Of a stretch of DNA of 30,645 bases, positions 18,885 to 28,149 are shown in pieces. Position 1 is the stretch's first letter. Each line of letters starts with the position of its first letter. The stretch spans positions 1 to 30,645 of IMG/VR virus record IMGVR_UViG_3300033076_000862, one strand, 5' to 3'. Origin of the DNA: a virus (taxonomy: Duplodnaviria > Caudoviricetes). The notes beneath the pieces were generated by a model. It worked only from the letters and a program-made list of their open reading frames with translations. It was not told the origin of the DNA and did not search any database. The position numbers and the translations under genes were made by a program.

Positions 18885-19322
18885 ATGAAACTAATATCAC
18901 ATAGAGGAAATATAAATGGTAAAATGCCAGAAAAAGAAAATCATCCTGATTATATAGATGAAGCAATTTCTTTGGGATATGAAGTTGAAGTAGATATATG
19001 GATGATTGAAGGTGTGTTATTTTTAGGTCACGATGGTCCTGAATATGGAATATCTCAATTGTGGCTCAATCAAAGATACGGGAAATTGTGGTTACATTGT
19101 AAAAACATAGAGGCAGTTGAATGGTTTAATACTATTGGTGGATTTAATTATTTTTGGCATGAAAACGATACTTTAACTTTAACATCAAAAAATTATGTTT
19201 GGGCATATCCTGGAAAACAACCAATAGAAAAAAGTATTGCAGTATTGCCTGAAATATATAATGATAATATAAAATTATGTTCAGGAGTATGCTCAGATTA
19301 TATTCAAAGATACAAACAATAA
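18885..19322 (+). CDS. Minimal glycerophosphodiester phosphodiesterase / PLC-like TIM-barrel protein
   Basis: Start at ATG 18885 (MKLISHRGN); EN, VEVDIW, LGHD, HCKN, GVCSD. Confidence 0.75.
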   Translation: MKLISHRGNINGKMPEKENHPDYIDEAISLGYEVEVDIWMIEGVLFLGHDGPEYGISQLWLNQRYGKLWLHCKNIEAVEWFNTIGGFNYFWHENDTLTLTSKNYVWAYPGKQPIEKSIAVLPEIYNDNIKLCSGVCSDYIQRYKQ

Positions 19323-19326
19323 TAAT

Positions 19327-20517
19327 ATGAAAAAAATTAACACACCCATTCAGTTATTCAAAGTACATATGAATCCAAATGCTAAAGTAGAAGTTGGCAA
19401 AATTTTGGATAGTGGTTACATCGGTCAAGGACCTAAAGTCGATGAATTTGAAGATAAGTTAAATGAATACTTTAATTCAGATAGAGTTGTAACACTTAAT
19501 TCGGGAACATCAGGATTACATCTTGCATTACACTTATTAAAGAAACCGTCTAGTATAGCAATAGCAGATGGTTATTCGGTTCATGAAAAGAATTGGCCTG
19601 GTTTAAAAGATGGTGATGAGGTTTTAGCAACGGCATTGACTTGTACTGCATCAAATTGGCCTATCCTTGCAAATGGGTTAAAAATCAAATGGGTGGATAT
19701 TGATGAGAAAACTCTTAATATGGATTTGGATGATTTGGAAAGAAAAATCACCCCAAAAACAAAAGCAATTATCGCAGTACATTGGGGTGGGTATCCATTG
19801 GATTTGGATAGATTAAAAAAGATACAAGATAAATCATTTGAATTGTATGGATTTAGACCTGCAATCATTGAAGATGGTGCGCATTCATTTGGTTCTGAAT
19901 ATAAAGGAAAGAAATTAGGTAATCATGGTAATATGGTTATGTATTCTTTACAGGCAATCAAACACATCACTGCAATTGATGGTGGATTATTAGTATTACC
20001 ACATCAAGACCTTTACAATAGAGCAAAGTTAATTCGTTGGTATGGTATTGATAGAGGTGGTAATAGAAAAGATTTCCGTTGTGAAGCAGATATTGTTGAA
20101 TGGGGTTTTAAATTCCATATGAATGATATATGTGCAACCGTAGGTATTGAGAACTTAAAAGATGCAGATACAATTATAGGAAAACATAGAGAGAATGCCA
20201 AATTCTACGATGAGAACTTAAAGGGTGTAAATGGTGTAACTTTATTAGAAAGAAACAAAGACCATAATTCGGCATTTTGGATTTATAGTTTATTAGTTGA
20301 AAATAGAGATGGATTCTACAAACATATGAAAGATTGTGGTATTGTAGTATCACAGGTACATGAAAGAAACGATAAACATACTGCGGTAAAAGAATTCAGA
20401 AGTCCTTTACCAACATTAGATAGAGTATTACCAAAAGTAGTTTCAATACCAGTAGGTTGGTGGGTAACTGCGGAAGAAAGACAATATATCGTTGATTGTA
20501 TCAAAAAAGGTTGGTAA
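19327..20517 (+). CDS. DegT/DnrJ/EryC1/StrS PLP-dependent nucleotide-sugar aminotransferase
   Basis: GPKVDEFE, NSGTSGLHLAL, GDEV, VHWGG, IEDGAHS, SLQAIKHITAIDGG (PLP lysine). Confidence 0.95.
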   Translation: MKKINTPIQLFKVHMNPNAKVEVGKILDSGYIGQGPKVDEFEDKLNEYFNSDRVVTLNSGTSGLHLALHLLKKPSSIAIADGYSVHEKNWPGLKDGDEVLATALTCTASNWPILANGLKIKWVDIDEKTLNMDLDDLERKITPKTKAIIAVHWGGYPLDLDRLKKIQDKSFELYGFRPAIIEDGAHSFGSEYKGKKLGNHGNMVMYSLQAIKHITAIDGGLLVLPHQDLYNRAKLIRWYGIDRGGNRKDFRCEADIVEWGFKFHMNDICATVGIENLKDADTIIGKHRENAKFYDENLKGVNGVTLLERNKDHNSAFWIYSLLVENRDGFYKHMKDCGIVVSQVHERNDKHTAVKEFRSPLPTLDRVLPKVVSIPVGWWVTAEERQYIVDCIKKGW

Positions 20518-20930
20518 TGAATTTAAGACAATTAACTAGATTAGATTTACCATTTTTGTTGGAAGTTAGAAATAATGAAACAACGAGAGTAAATTTAGAA
20601 AATGATTCTGAATTTACGATGAAAGAATGTTTAAGTTGGTTTTTAAAAACACGTCCAATTTGGTACATAATTGAAATAGATGATAATAGTGTTGGATATA
20701 TCAGAACCAATGGAGATGAAGTTGGTATAGATATTCATCCAGATTATAGAAGAAAAGGATACGCAAGAGAAGCATATAAACTTTATTTAAAAGATAAAGA
20801 ATATGCCTCTCTTTGGGTATTTGTTGATAATTTTGCTAAAAATCTTTATACTGAATTAGGATTTGTAGAAAACGGAAATACAAAAACAATCAGAGATAGA
20901 GAATACATACAAATGGTTTATAAAAAATAA
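20517..20930 (+). CDS. GNAT N-acetyltransferase (PseH/RimJ-like)
   Basis: ATG at 20517 overlaps the upstream TAA. LRQLTRLDL..., acetyl-CoA motif IHPDYRRKGYA, AKNLYTELGF. Confidence 0.85.
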   Translation: MNLRQLTRLDLPFLLEVRNNETTRVNLENDSEFTMKECLSWFLKTRPIWYIIEIDDNSVGYIRTNGDEVGIDIHPDYRRKGYAREAYKLYLKDKEYASLWVFVDNFAKNLYTELGFVENGNTKTIRDREYIQMVYKK

Positions 20931-20935
20931 AGAAT

Positions 20936-21640
20936 ATGATAATTGATAATAATTACTCAAAAATGCAAGAAAACTTATACAATGAACTTGCTTCTCAATG
21001 GTCTCCAGGACGAGATACCGTTGTAGGTTCATTTGATAAGCAAAATAATTGGCAAGATTATGAAGATTATTTGTGGAAAGATATTACAAATTTAAAAGAT
21101 AAAAACGTAATAGATTTTGGATGTGGACCTGGTAGAAATTTAGTTAAATGGGCTTCTTTTTTTAATAAAATAGATGGAGTAGATATTAGTTCTATAAATT
21201 TAGAAAAAGCTAAAATATGGATTTCAGAAAATGGACTCAATCCAGATAATTTTAATTTATATAAAGGTGAAGGAATGAGCATACAAACAGTTCCTTCAAA
21301 TTCATATGATATTTTAATGAGTACAATTGCAATGCAGCACATATGTGTATATGAAATTAGGTTTAATTTATTAAAAGAATTTTATAGAGTTCTTAAAAAA
21401 AATGGAAAAATAACTATTCAAATGGGATATGGACCTTCACATCCAATGTCCGTTGATTATTATGAAAATTTTTATGATGCAAACACATCAAATGGTGGAA
21501 TGGATACGAGAGTTGAAAATGTAAATCAATTAAAAGATGATTTGGAAAAAATAGGATTTAGTAATTTTAATTATTATATAAGACCAACTGGACCAGGTGA
21601 TATGCATGATAATTGGATATTTTTTAATGCCAAAAAATAA
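20936..21640 (+). CDS. Class I SAM-dependent methyltransferase (small molecule/glycan type)
   Basis: VIDFGCGPGR, GVDIS, SYDILMSTIAMQH, YRVLKKNG. Confidence 0.9.
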   Translation: MIIDNNYSKMQENLYNELASQWSPGRDTVVGSFDKQNNWQDYEDYLWKDITNLKDKNVIDFGCGPGRNLVKWASFFNKIDGVDISSINLEKAKIWISENGLNPDNFNLYKGEGMSIQTVPSNSYDILMSTIAMQHICVYEIRFNLLKEFYRVLKKNGKITIQMGYGPSHPMSVDYYENFYDANTSNGGMDTRVENVNQLKDDLEKIGFSNFNYYIRPTGPGDMHDNWIFFNAKK

Positions 21641-21654
21641 AAACGATATAATTT

Positions 21655-22326
21655 ATGAAAATAGGAATTAATTTAGTTGGTGTTTCATATAATGATGGTA
21701 CAAATGGTAGATACAGAAACTATGAAGATGCAATAGATGGATTTATGAATAACGTTGTGAATCCTTTAAAAGAAGATGGACATGATGTTAAATTTTATTT
21801 ATACAGTTATGATAATATTAAAAAAAATAATATTATAGAAGCATATCAACCTGTTCAAAAATATCATTTTACAGATATAACATATAGTACATTTGGTGGT
21901 GGAGATAAATTACCAAATGGATTAAAAGCAATATCTGCTGCATACATAAATAGTTTAGAAGAACTTAAAAATGAAGATTTGGATTTGATAATATCAACTA
22001 GATTTGATATAAATTTTTTAAAAAATCCATTTAAAGAATATACATATGATTTTACCAAGTTTAATTTTTTGTGGAGAGAACCAGACCTACCAGAAGTACC
22101 GCTTGTAAATGATACATTTGTAGTATTTCCGTATTCAATGTTACCAAACGTAATTGAATCTATTAAACAAATGGAATATAATCCGCCACATGGAATAAGT
22201 ATTGCATTACATAATTGGTATTTAACTATGGTAAATCAAGTTGGAGTCGATAATGTTCAATGGGTATGTGATGAATTTGTAAATACAATTACTAATACTT
22301 TATATAAATTAATGAGACATGAGTAA
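21655..22326 (+). CDS. Uncharacterised protein, likely same family as 18191..18883
   Basis: KIGINLVG, KFYLYSY, DLIISTRFD, VNDTF. Confidence 0.55.
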   Translation: MKIGINLVGVSYNDGTNGRYRNYEDAIDGFMNNVVNPLKEDGHDVKFYLYSYDNIKKNNIIEAYQPVQKYHFTDITYSTFGGGDKLPNGLKAISAAYINSLEELKNEDLDLIISTRFDINFLKNPFKEYTYDFTKFNFLWREPDLPEVPLVNDTFVVFPYSMLPNVIESIKQMEYNPPHGISIALHNWYLTMVNQVGVDNVQWVCDEFVNTITNTLYKLMRHE

Positions 22327-23086
22327 ATTAGTTAGTGGATATTTGTGGGCATGGAAAAATCACGAAGCAGGGTTAAAATCCGTAAATAGTTTAAAGAAAT
22401 TTTATCCAAATGCTGATGTTTTTATAAATGTAGATTATGAAGGTGATATTGAAACATATGAAAAAATGTGTGATGAAAACGGATTCACATTCAGTAAAAA
22501 TAATTTTCAATTAGGATATTGTGGAAACTTTACTGGCAAAGATGTTGGTAGAGATTGTTGGCCAAAAGAATATACATTTGAATGGGTAAGGGGTATATAT
22601 GAAGCATGTTTAAAAACTGATTCAAAATATATGTTGTTGTTGGAAGAAGATGATTTTATTTTAAAAGAACCATCCATTCTTAAAAAAGATTTTTCAATGG
22701 CAATACATCCAACTGACCCATCTCCAATAGGAAGACATAGACCTAATAATATTCCAACCGATTACATTATATACATAAGTGATAAAGGTGGAAATCCAGT
22801 ATCACCTGGATATGCAGCAGGAGGTGGTACATTCTTTAATAGAGAAGAATTTATTAGAGCATGGGAAACACATAAAGATTCATTATGGAATGATTATGAT
22901 TATTTAGCAAGTGTTAATAAAATCATTGGTTGGGCAGATTATATTTTACAATTTGTAATGCAGTTAGGTGGTTATGAAATAATTCAAAACGATAAATTAG
23001 CAGAACATTGGGAAGTAGGTGATAGATGGAATGAATTTGAAATTATTACAGGTATGAAAGATGAAACAATAATTAAATCTTTATAA
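22319..23086 (+). CDS. Putative GT-A fold glycosyltransferase
   Basis: SLKKFYPNADVFINVD, YMLLLEEDD, GGGTFFN. Confidence 0.6.
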   Translation: MSKLVSGYLWAWKNHEAGLKSVNSLKKFYPNADVFINVDYEGDIETYEKMCDENGFTFSKNNFQLGYCGNFTGKDVGRDCWPKEYTFEWVRGIYEACLKTDSKYMLLLEEDDFILKEPSILKKDFSMAIHPTDPSPIGRHRPNNIPTDYIIYISDKGGNPVSPGYAAGGGTFFNREEFIRAWETHKDSLWNDYDYLASVNKIIGWADYILQFVMQLGGYEIIQNDKLAEHWEVGDRWNEFEIITGMKDETIIKSL

Positions 23087-23883
23087 TGAAATACACAATA
23101 GCAGGTTGTATAACCAAATACGGAGTAAATGATATTAAACCATATGTTGAATCAATCAAACAAAGTGGATTTAACGGTGAAAAACTGATGTTAGTGTATG
23201 ATGTATCACCCGATGTAATTGAGTATCTTACAAACGAAGGATGGATGATTGCGCAAGGTGAATTGAGTGAACATATTATCTTACAAAGATTTAGAGATAT
23301 GTATGTATTACTGCAAGATTACGAAACTGATTGGATTATTTGGACAGATGTTAAAGATGTTATATTTCAAAAAAATCCAATGGAGTGGATTGAAAACAAT
23401 AGTTCATTTACAAGATTATTTGCCTTTTCTGAAAGTGTATATCTTAAAGATGATGCTTGGGCAGTAGTAAATACAGGTACATCGTTTCCTATGGAATGGG
23501 AATTAGGGTTAAAAGATAAAATCAGTTATTGTGCAGGAACTATCGTAGGAGATTGTAGTACCGTAAGAGATTTATTTATTCAAATATATAGATGGAGTAA
23601 AACAACTGCAAACCCACAACAATTATCAGACCAGGCAGCATACAACGCATTGATAAATTTGGAACAGTTTAGAACAATTACTAAATTTGTAAATCAAGAA
23701 AAAGGTTTTGTAACACAATTGGGAACGGTTTGGGTAAAGAAAAATGAATTACCCATATTAGAACCAACTCCTATCTACAAAGATGGTAAATTTTATACAC
23801 AGGATGGTGAAGAATTTGTAATAGTTCATCAATACGATAGAGACCCTCAAATTAAAAAAGAAATTTATGAAAGGTATAATTAG
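23086..23883 (+). CDS. Putative GT-A fold nucleotide-diphospho-sugar transferase
   Basis: RF, IWTDVKDVIFQKNP, CAGTIVG, DQAAYN, IVHQYDR. Confidence 0.65.
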   Translation: MKYTIAGCITKYGVNDIKPYVESIKQSGFNGEKLMLVYDVSPDVIEYLTNEGWMIAQGELSEHIILQRFRDMYVLLQDYETDWIIWTDVKDVIFQKNPMEWIENNSSFTRLFAFSESVYLKDDAWAVVNTGTSFPMEWELGLKDKISYCAGTIVGDCSTVRDLFIQIYRWSKTTANPQQLSDQAAYNALINLEQFRTITKFVNQEKGFVTQLGTVWVKKNELPILEPTPIYKDGKFYTQDGEEFVIVHQYDRDPQIKKEIYERYN

Positions 23884-24760
23884 TATATTTTCAATGCCAC
23901 AAGAGTTGGAAGACTTGGCACAAACATTAGAACGATTAAAGAGAAATTCTATTTATTTAGATGACTCTGTTAAATTCAAAGTAGAGATTACAATGAATAC
24001 AACAGATGAGCTAACTAATTGGGATGAATCATTGCTACCAAAAGAATACATTACAGAACGTTCTATTGAATTATGTGAAAAATATTTAGATTGGTGTGAG
24101 TGGGAAATTATACATAATACAACAGAGGTGTTGGGTTGTGTATCTCAAAGAAGATATAGTTTTAAAAATAACCCAGATGCTGATTTCTTTATTTGGTTGG
24201 ATTCGGATATTTTATTTAAAGATACAACTTTATATTATATCAGTTCAGCATACCAAATGATTAAATCGAACGGAATAAATGATTTTATTGTAACACCACA
24301 ATTTGTAAAACAATGGGATAATACTTGGGATATAGTTGCAAATAAAAACTTTTGGAATAAACCCATAAATTATCATTTTGAATCAAATATATACCAGGAT
24401 TCACTACCTCAATTGGAAGAAATAGAAGTAAAAGAAATAAATAATTTTAAATTTGCAGGTGGGTGGTTTACACTAATATCAAAATCATTATTAGATAAAA
24501 CAGGTGTTCCTGAATCATTTGGACATTATGGTTTAGAAGATACATACATAATGTGGTGTTGTGAGTTGATGAGAAATAGTGGAAAAATCGTATCTCAATT
24601 TGTTTTAGAAAATCTTATAGTTGGAGAAATACATAAAAACAGAACAAATAATACTATAAAAAAATTCATATCATCAAAAGATAGAAAATTAGAATTTAAA
24701 AATATTGCAGAATCCAACTTTCAAAATGAATTAAATATATTTAATAGTAAATTAAATTAA
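23867..24760 (+). CDS. Putative GT-A fold glycosyltransferase
   Basis: FIWLDSD (DXD), GGWFTLIS, YGLED. Confidence 0.65.
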   Translation: MKGIISIFSMPQELEDLAQTLERLKRNSIYLDDSVKFKVEITMNTTDELTNWDESLLPKEYITERSIELCEKYLDWCEWEIIHNTTEVLGCVSQRRYSFKNNPDADFFIWLDSDILFKDTTLYYISSAYQMIKSNGINDFIVTPQFVKQWDNTWDIVANKNFWNKPINYHFESNIYQDSLPQLEEIEVKEINNFKFAGGWFTLISKSLLDKTGVPESFGHYGLEDTYIMWCCELMRNSGKIVSQFVLENLIVGEIHKNRTNNTIKKFISSKDRKLEFKNIAESNFQNELNIFNSKLN

Positions 24761-24761
24761 C

Positions 24762-25490
24762 ATGGATATAATAACTGCGAAAGAACATTTACATAAAGAG
24801 GGATATTGTGATTTTGAATTAAAAGATTTTGATGAAAATGCGTACACTTTATTATCTGATTTAAAATTTAAAAAAGATGATTTGGAGTATTTACAAAAAT
24901 TTAAAACTATAAGATTTGATTATTTGGGAAAAAATGGAGAAGGACCTATTAGAATAAATAATCCATATGAAAGTTATGATGTTGCTATACAGACAAGAAA
25001 GGATTTTTTAAAAAAATACGATAATGATTATATTGCACAAATATGGTCAATGGCGGATGAATTACCTACAAATATAGATGAAATTTCAAATATATACAAC
25101 AATATATTAAATTATTTTTATTCAAAAACAACAGATGATGTATTTTTTGGATTTCAATTTACATGCTATTCCGAAGGAGATTTTTTAAAAGACCATAATG
25201 ATGGACAAGGTGATTACCATCAAAATGTATGTGCAATTTTAATTTATCTAAATGAAGAGTGGGAAGAAGAATGGGGTGGAAATTTAATATTAAGAAATAC
25301 CAAATATGCTAATGCTGAAACCAAAGAAATTAAACATAAGGTAATTCCTAAATTTGGTAGAGTTGCTATTATAGATTTGGAAGTATTTGATACTGCACAC
25401 GCAGTTGAGCAAATAATAGGAAACCACAATCGTTGTACATTATTAACTTTTGCAACAAGTAAAGAAGAAAAAAAACCAAAAGTTCTTTAA
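24762..25490 (+). CDS. 2OG-Fe(II) oxygenase (prolyl-4-hydroxylase-like)
   Basis: HxD (HND), ILIYLNEEW...GGNL, distal HAV, terminal Arg (NRCT). Confidence 0.88.
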   Translation: MDIITAKEHLHKEGYCDFELKDFDENAYTLLSDLKFKKDDLEYLQKFKTIRFDYLGKNGEGPIRINNPYESYDVAIQTRKDFLKKYDNDYIAQIWSMADELPTNIDEISNIYNNILNYFYSKTTDDVFFGFQFTCYSEGDFLKDHNDGQGDYHQNVCAILIYLNEEWEEEWGGNLILRNTKYANAETKEIKHKVIPKFGRVAIIDLEVFDTAHAVEQIIGNHNRCTLLTFATSKEEKKPKVL

Positions 25491-26128
25491 TGAAAAATCT
25501 TTATATATTTGGTGATTCATTTTCTACTAATTTTTCAACAATAAATGAAGTTTTAGTTGAAGATTCTTGGCCAGTTTTATTGTCAAAAGAAACTGGTTAT
25601 GAATTAAAATCATTTGCATCAGCGGGCATTTCAAATTTTGGTATTTTAAATTCTATTTATAGAAATTTTAATTTTGATAAAGATGATATTGTAATAATTG
25701 GAATTACATTTTATGATAGACTTTATGATTTTTGGAAAAATATTGGAATAGATTTAAATAATAATAATACAGACCAATTCAATCATACTGAAATACAATT
25801 TTATCAACATAAAATATTGGATGTAAATGGAATGATGCAATATACAGAAAACGCGTTATTACAATATAATTTTATATTAAATCAATTGAATAATGTAACA
25901 AATGTATATTTTTGGAATATGGATAAATGTGGATTACCTTTATTCAATGATATGGTTAAAAAATACAATAAAAACTATATAAAACCATTTCAATATGAAT
26001 GTTGGATTGATTTTTGTAATCAAACTCCATTATGGTGGCAAAAAAATAATGACAGACATTTTGGAAAAACGGGTCATAAAGAATTTTTTGAATATTTATA
26101 TCAGTATATACAACCAAATTTAATATGA
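25490..26128 (+). CDS. SGNH/GDSL hydrolase-like protein
   Basis: IFGDSFS, WP, AGISN, C-terminal DRHFGKTGH. Confidence 0.65.
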   Translation: MKNLYIFGDSFSTNFSTINEVLVEDSWPVLLSKETGYELKSFASAGISNFGILNSIYRNFNFDKDDIVIIGITFYDRLYDFWKNIGIDLNNNNTDQFNHTEIQFYQHKILDVNGMMQYTENALLQYNFILNQLNNVTNVYFWNMDKCGLPLFNDMVKKYNKNYIKPFQYECWIDFCNQTPLWWQKNNDRHFGKTGHKEFFEYLYQYIQPNLI

Positions 26129-26529
26129 AATTCGAAGTAACCAATCCAAAAGCTTGGAAAGCAGTAAATGAAAGAGATATACCAATGTCTGATAAGATTA
26201 AGGTATACGAGAAATTAGGTGGAGCATACCGTTTAGGAGAAGATGGTGGAGAGCAAGTGTTTAACAAACTTACGGAGTTGTTAAAACATAGAATGCAAGA
26301 AGGTGATGAATCATCTCCAGAAGAAACGATTGGTGGATTAAACGAAATGACCAAAGGTCAACTTGAAAGAATTGGCGATTATGCAAATATGATTTTACAA
26401 AGAATGAATGAAGGACAAACTTTAGATTCTTGGATGTATTCTCAAATTACATTAGCAGTAGACCAGTTAAATTCCGTACATGATGCAATGGATGGTGATG
26501 ATGGTAAAATCGAACCTCCTAAAAAATAA
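26125..26529 (+). CDS. Hypothetical protein
   Basis: 134-aa ATG ORF with ATGA overlap; no recognised motif. Confidence 0.65.
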   Translation: MKFEVTNPKAWKAVNERDIPMSDKIKVYEKLGGAYRLGEDGGEQVFNKLTELLKHRMQEGDESSPEETIGGLNEMTKGQLERIGDYANMILQRMNEGQTLDSWMYSQITLAVDQLNSVHDAMDGDDGKIEPPKK

Positions 26530-26534
26530 ATAGT

Positions 26535-26843
26535 ATGGAAAATATGTACACAGTATTGATTACGGCAGTAACCGTATTAGGTTCAGCAAGTGCTTGGAGA
26601 TTTTATGAAAAAAGAGCTGACCATAAAGAAAGAGATGAAGATTTTATTAGACACGATTGTAAAGACCGTATTTCAAAATTGGAAGCATTATTAGTAGAAG
26701 CAGGTAAAGAAAAAGATTCATTGAGAGATATGGTGTTGGCTCTTACAAAAGAAGTTGCTGCTCTATCTGTTAAAGTGGAATATCTAACAAAAGAAAACGA
26801 AAAACTTTCAAAAGTAGGAAGTAAAAAAATACTAAATGGCTAA
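26535..26843 (+). CDS. Small membrane-anchored coiled-coil protein (holin/lysis-like architecture, unproven)
   Basis: Hydrophobic N-terminus VLITAVTVLGSASAW followed by a heptad-like ISKLEALL...LTKEVAALSVKVEYLTKEN segment. Confidence 0.6.
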   Translation: MENMYTVLITAVTVLGSASAWRFYEKRADHKERDEDFIRHDCKDRISKLEALLVEAGKEKDSLRDMVLALTKEVAALSVKVEYLTKENEKLSKVGSKKILNG

Positions 26844-27507
26844 ACTCACATCTGCAATTTGGAATGGAAAAAAAGTAGAGTTTGGTAAGGTTTATGGAAA
26901 CCCTATGGCAAACGCTTTCGGACCGATGCAAGAAGTTGAGGGTAAGAAATTAAGAGTGTTTGATTTTGATGATACACTGGTTCAAACAAAATCACATATC
27001 TACATAACACAGAAAAGTGGTAAGAAACTAACTTTAACTCCTGGTGAATATGCAGTATATGAACCAAAAAATGGTGATAAATTTGATTTTTCAGATTTTG
27101 AAAAAGTAAAGCAACCGCAAGAGGTAAAAGGTGTTGCGGATTTATTGAGAAAAATTGCCAGAGCAGAGGGTGAAAGAGCAGTTGTAATTTTAACTGCGAG
27201 AGGTTCATATAAACCAGTTAAAGATTATTTAGAAGATATTGGTTTAAGAGATATATATGTAGTTGCATTGAATAGTGCAGACCCACAAGATAAAGCAAAT
27301 TGGATAGAACAAAAAATAAAGGAAGGTTATAACGATGTATTCTTTATAGATGATTCACATAAGAACGTTCAAGCAGTTAAAGCATTGGAAAAGAAATATC
27401 CTGATATTAAACTTCAAGTAAGACACGTTCAACACAATATACCAAATCCACCAAAAGAAGAAAATATAAACAAATTAAAATCGTTACTACCTAATAAAAA
27501 GTTATAA
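26836..27507 (+). CDS. HAD-superfamily phosphatase
   Basis: Motif I FDFDDTL, motif II LTAR, conserved K, motif IV FIDDS. Confidence 0.8.
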   Translation: MAKLTSAIWNGKKVEFGKVYGNPMANAFGPMQEVEGKKLRVFDFDDTLVQTKSHIYITQKSGKKLTLTPGEYAVYEPKNGDKFDFSDFEKVKQPQEVKGVADLLRKIARAEGERAVVILTARGSYKPVKDYLEDIGLRDIYVVALNSADPQDKANWIEQKIKEGYNDVFFIDDSHKNVQAVKALEKKYPDIKLQVRHVQHNIPNPPKEENINKLKSLLPNKKL

Positions 27508-27508
27508 A

Positions 27509-28147
27509 ATGATATTAGCAATTGTTACAGTTGGTAAGGATTATATAAACAACGCCAGATTACATTTACCAAAATTTATACAAAATGGATGGGATGTAAG
27601 GGTATTAACCGATGAACCACAATCTTTTCCAGATTTAAAAACCTACAAATATTCAAATAAGGTTTTTTCTTATATCGATAAATTACTATTTCCATTAAGA
27701 TTGGTTGAAGAATTAAAACAACCTGTATTATATATAGATGCAGATTGGATTGATTTTATATCAGATGAGTTGATTTCAAATTTTAAAACAACAAATGAAG
27801 TTTTATATTTTGGTAATTGGCCAGATGGTAAGTATTTTTCAGATAATCATATAGAATACTTTGAACCATTATTAACATATTTCAAAAAAAATGGGTTTGA
27901 ATATAATAAATTATTAACAATGCTTGAATATGTGCATTTTTTTCCGTATATTAGTAATATAGGAGATGTTATATATGATTTAGAAAGAATAAAACCTATA
28001 TTTGATTATCAGAGTATTATTAAAAAAACATACTTTCATCCGAGAATAGGAAATGGAGAAGGTGTTGCTTTATCTTATGCCTTATATAAAAATAATATAC
28101 CTACTAAATTATTTGATTCAAAATACTTTTTAGAAAACGCTAAATAG
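27509..28147 (+). CDS. Putative GT-A fold glycosyltransferase
   Basis: AIVTVGKDY, VLTD, LYIDAD (DXD), GEG near the C-terminus. Confidence 0.55.
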   Translation: MILAIVTVGKDYINNARLHLPKFIQNGWDVRVLTDEPQSFPDLKTYKYSNKVFSYIDKLLFPLRLVEELKQPVLYIDADWIDFISDELISNFKTTNEVLYFGNWPDGKYFSDNHIEYFEPLLTYFKKNGFEYNKLLTMLEYVHFFPYISNIGDVIYDLERIKPIFDYQSIIKKTYFHPRIGNGEGVALSYALYKNNIPTKLFDSKYFLENAK

Positions 28148-28149
28148 TT

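Noticed and set aside
16800-20516. ORF-track starts at 16800, 18876 and 20496
   Set aside because: Downstream ATGs at 16821, 18885 and 20517 abut the upstream stops, as elsewhere in the window, and begin right at the domain N-termini.
56-23467. Short alternative-frame + strand ORFs (56..367, 5392..5631, 10040..10291, 23267..23467)
   Set aside because: Fully nested in well-supported genes, with no motifs or independent start signals.
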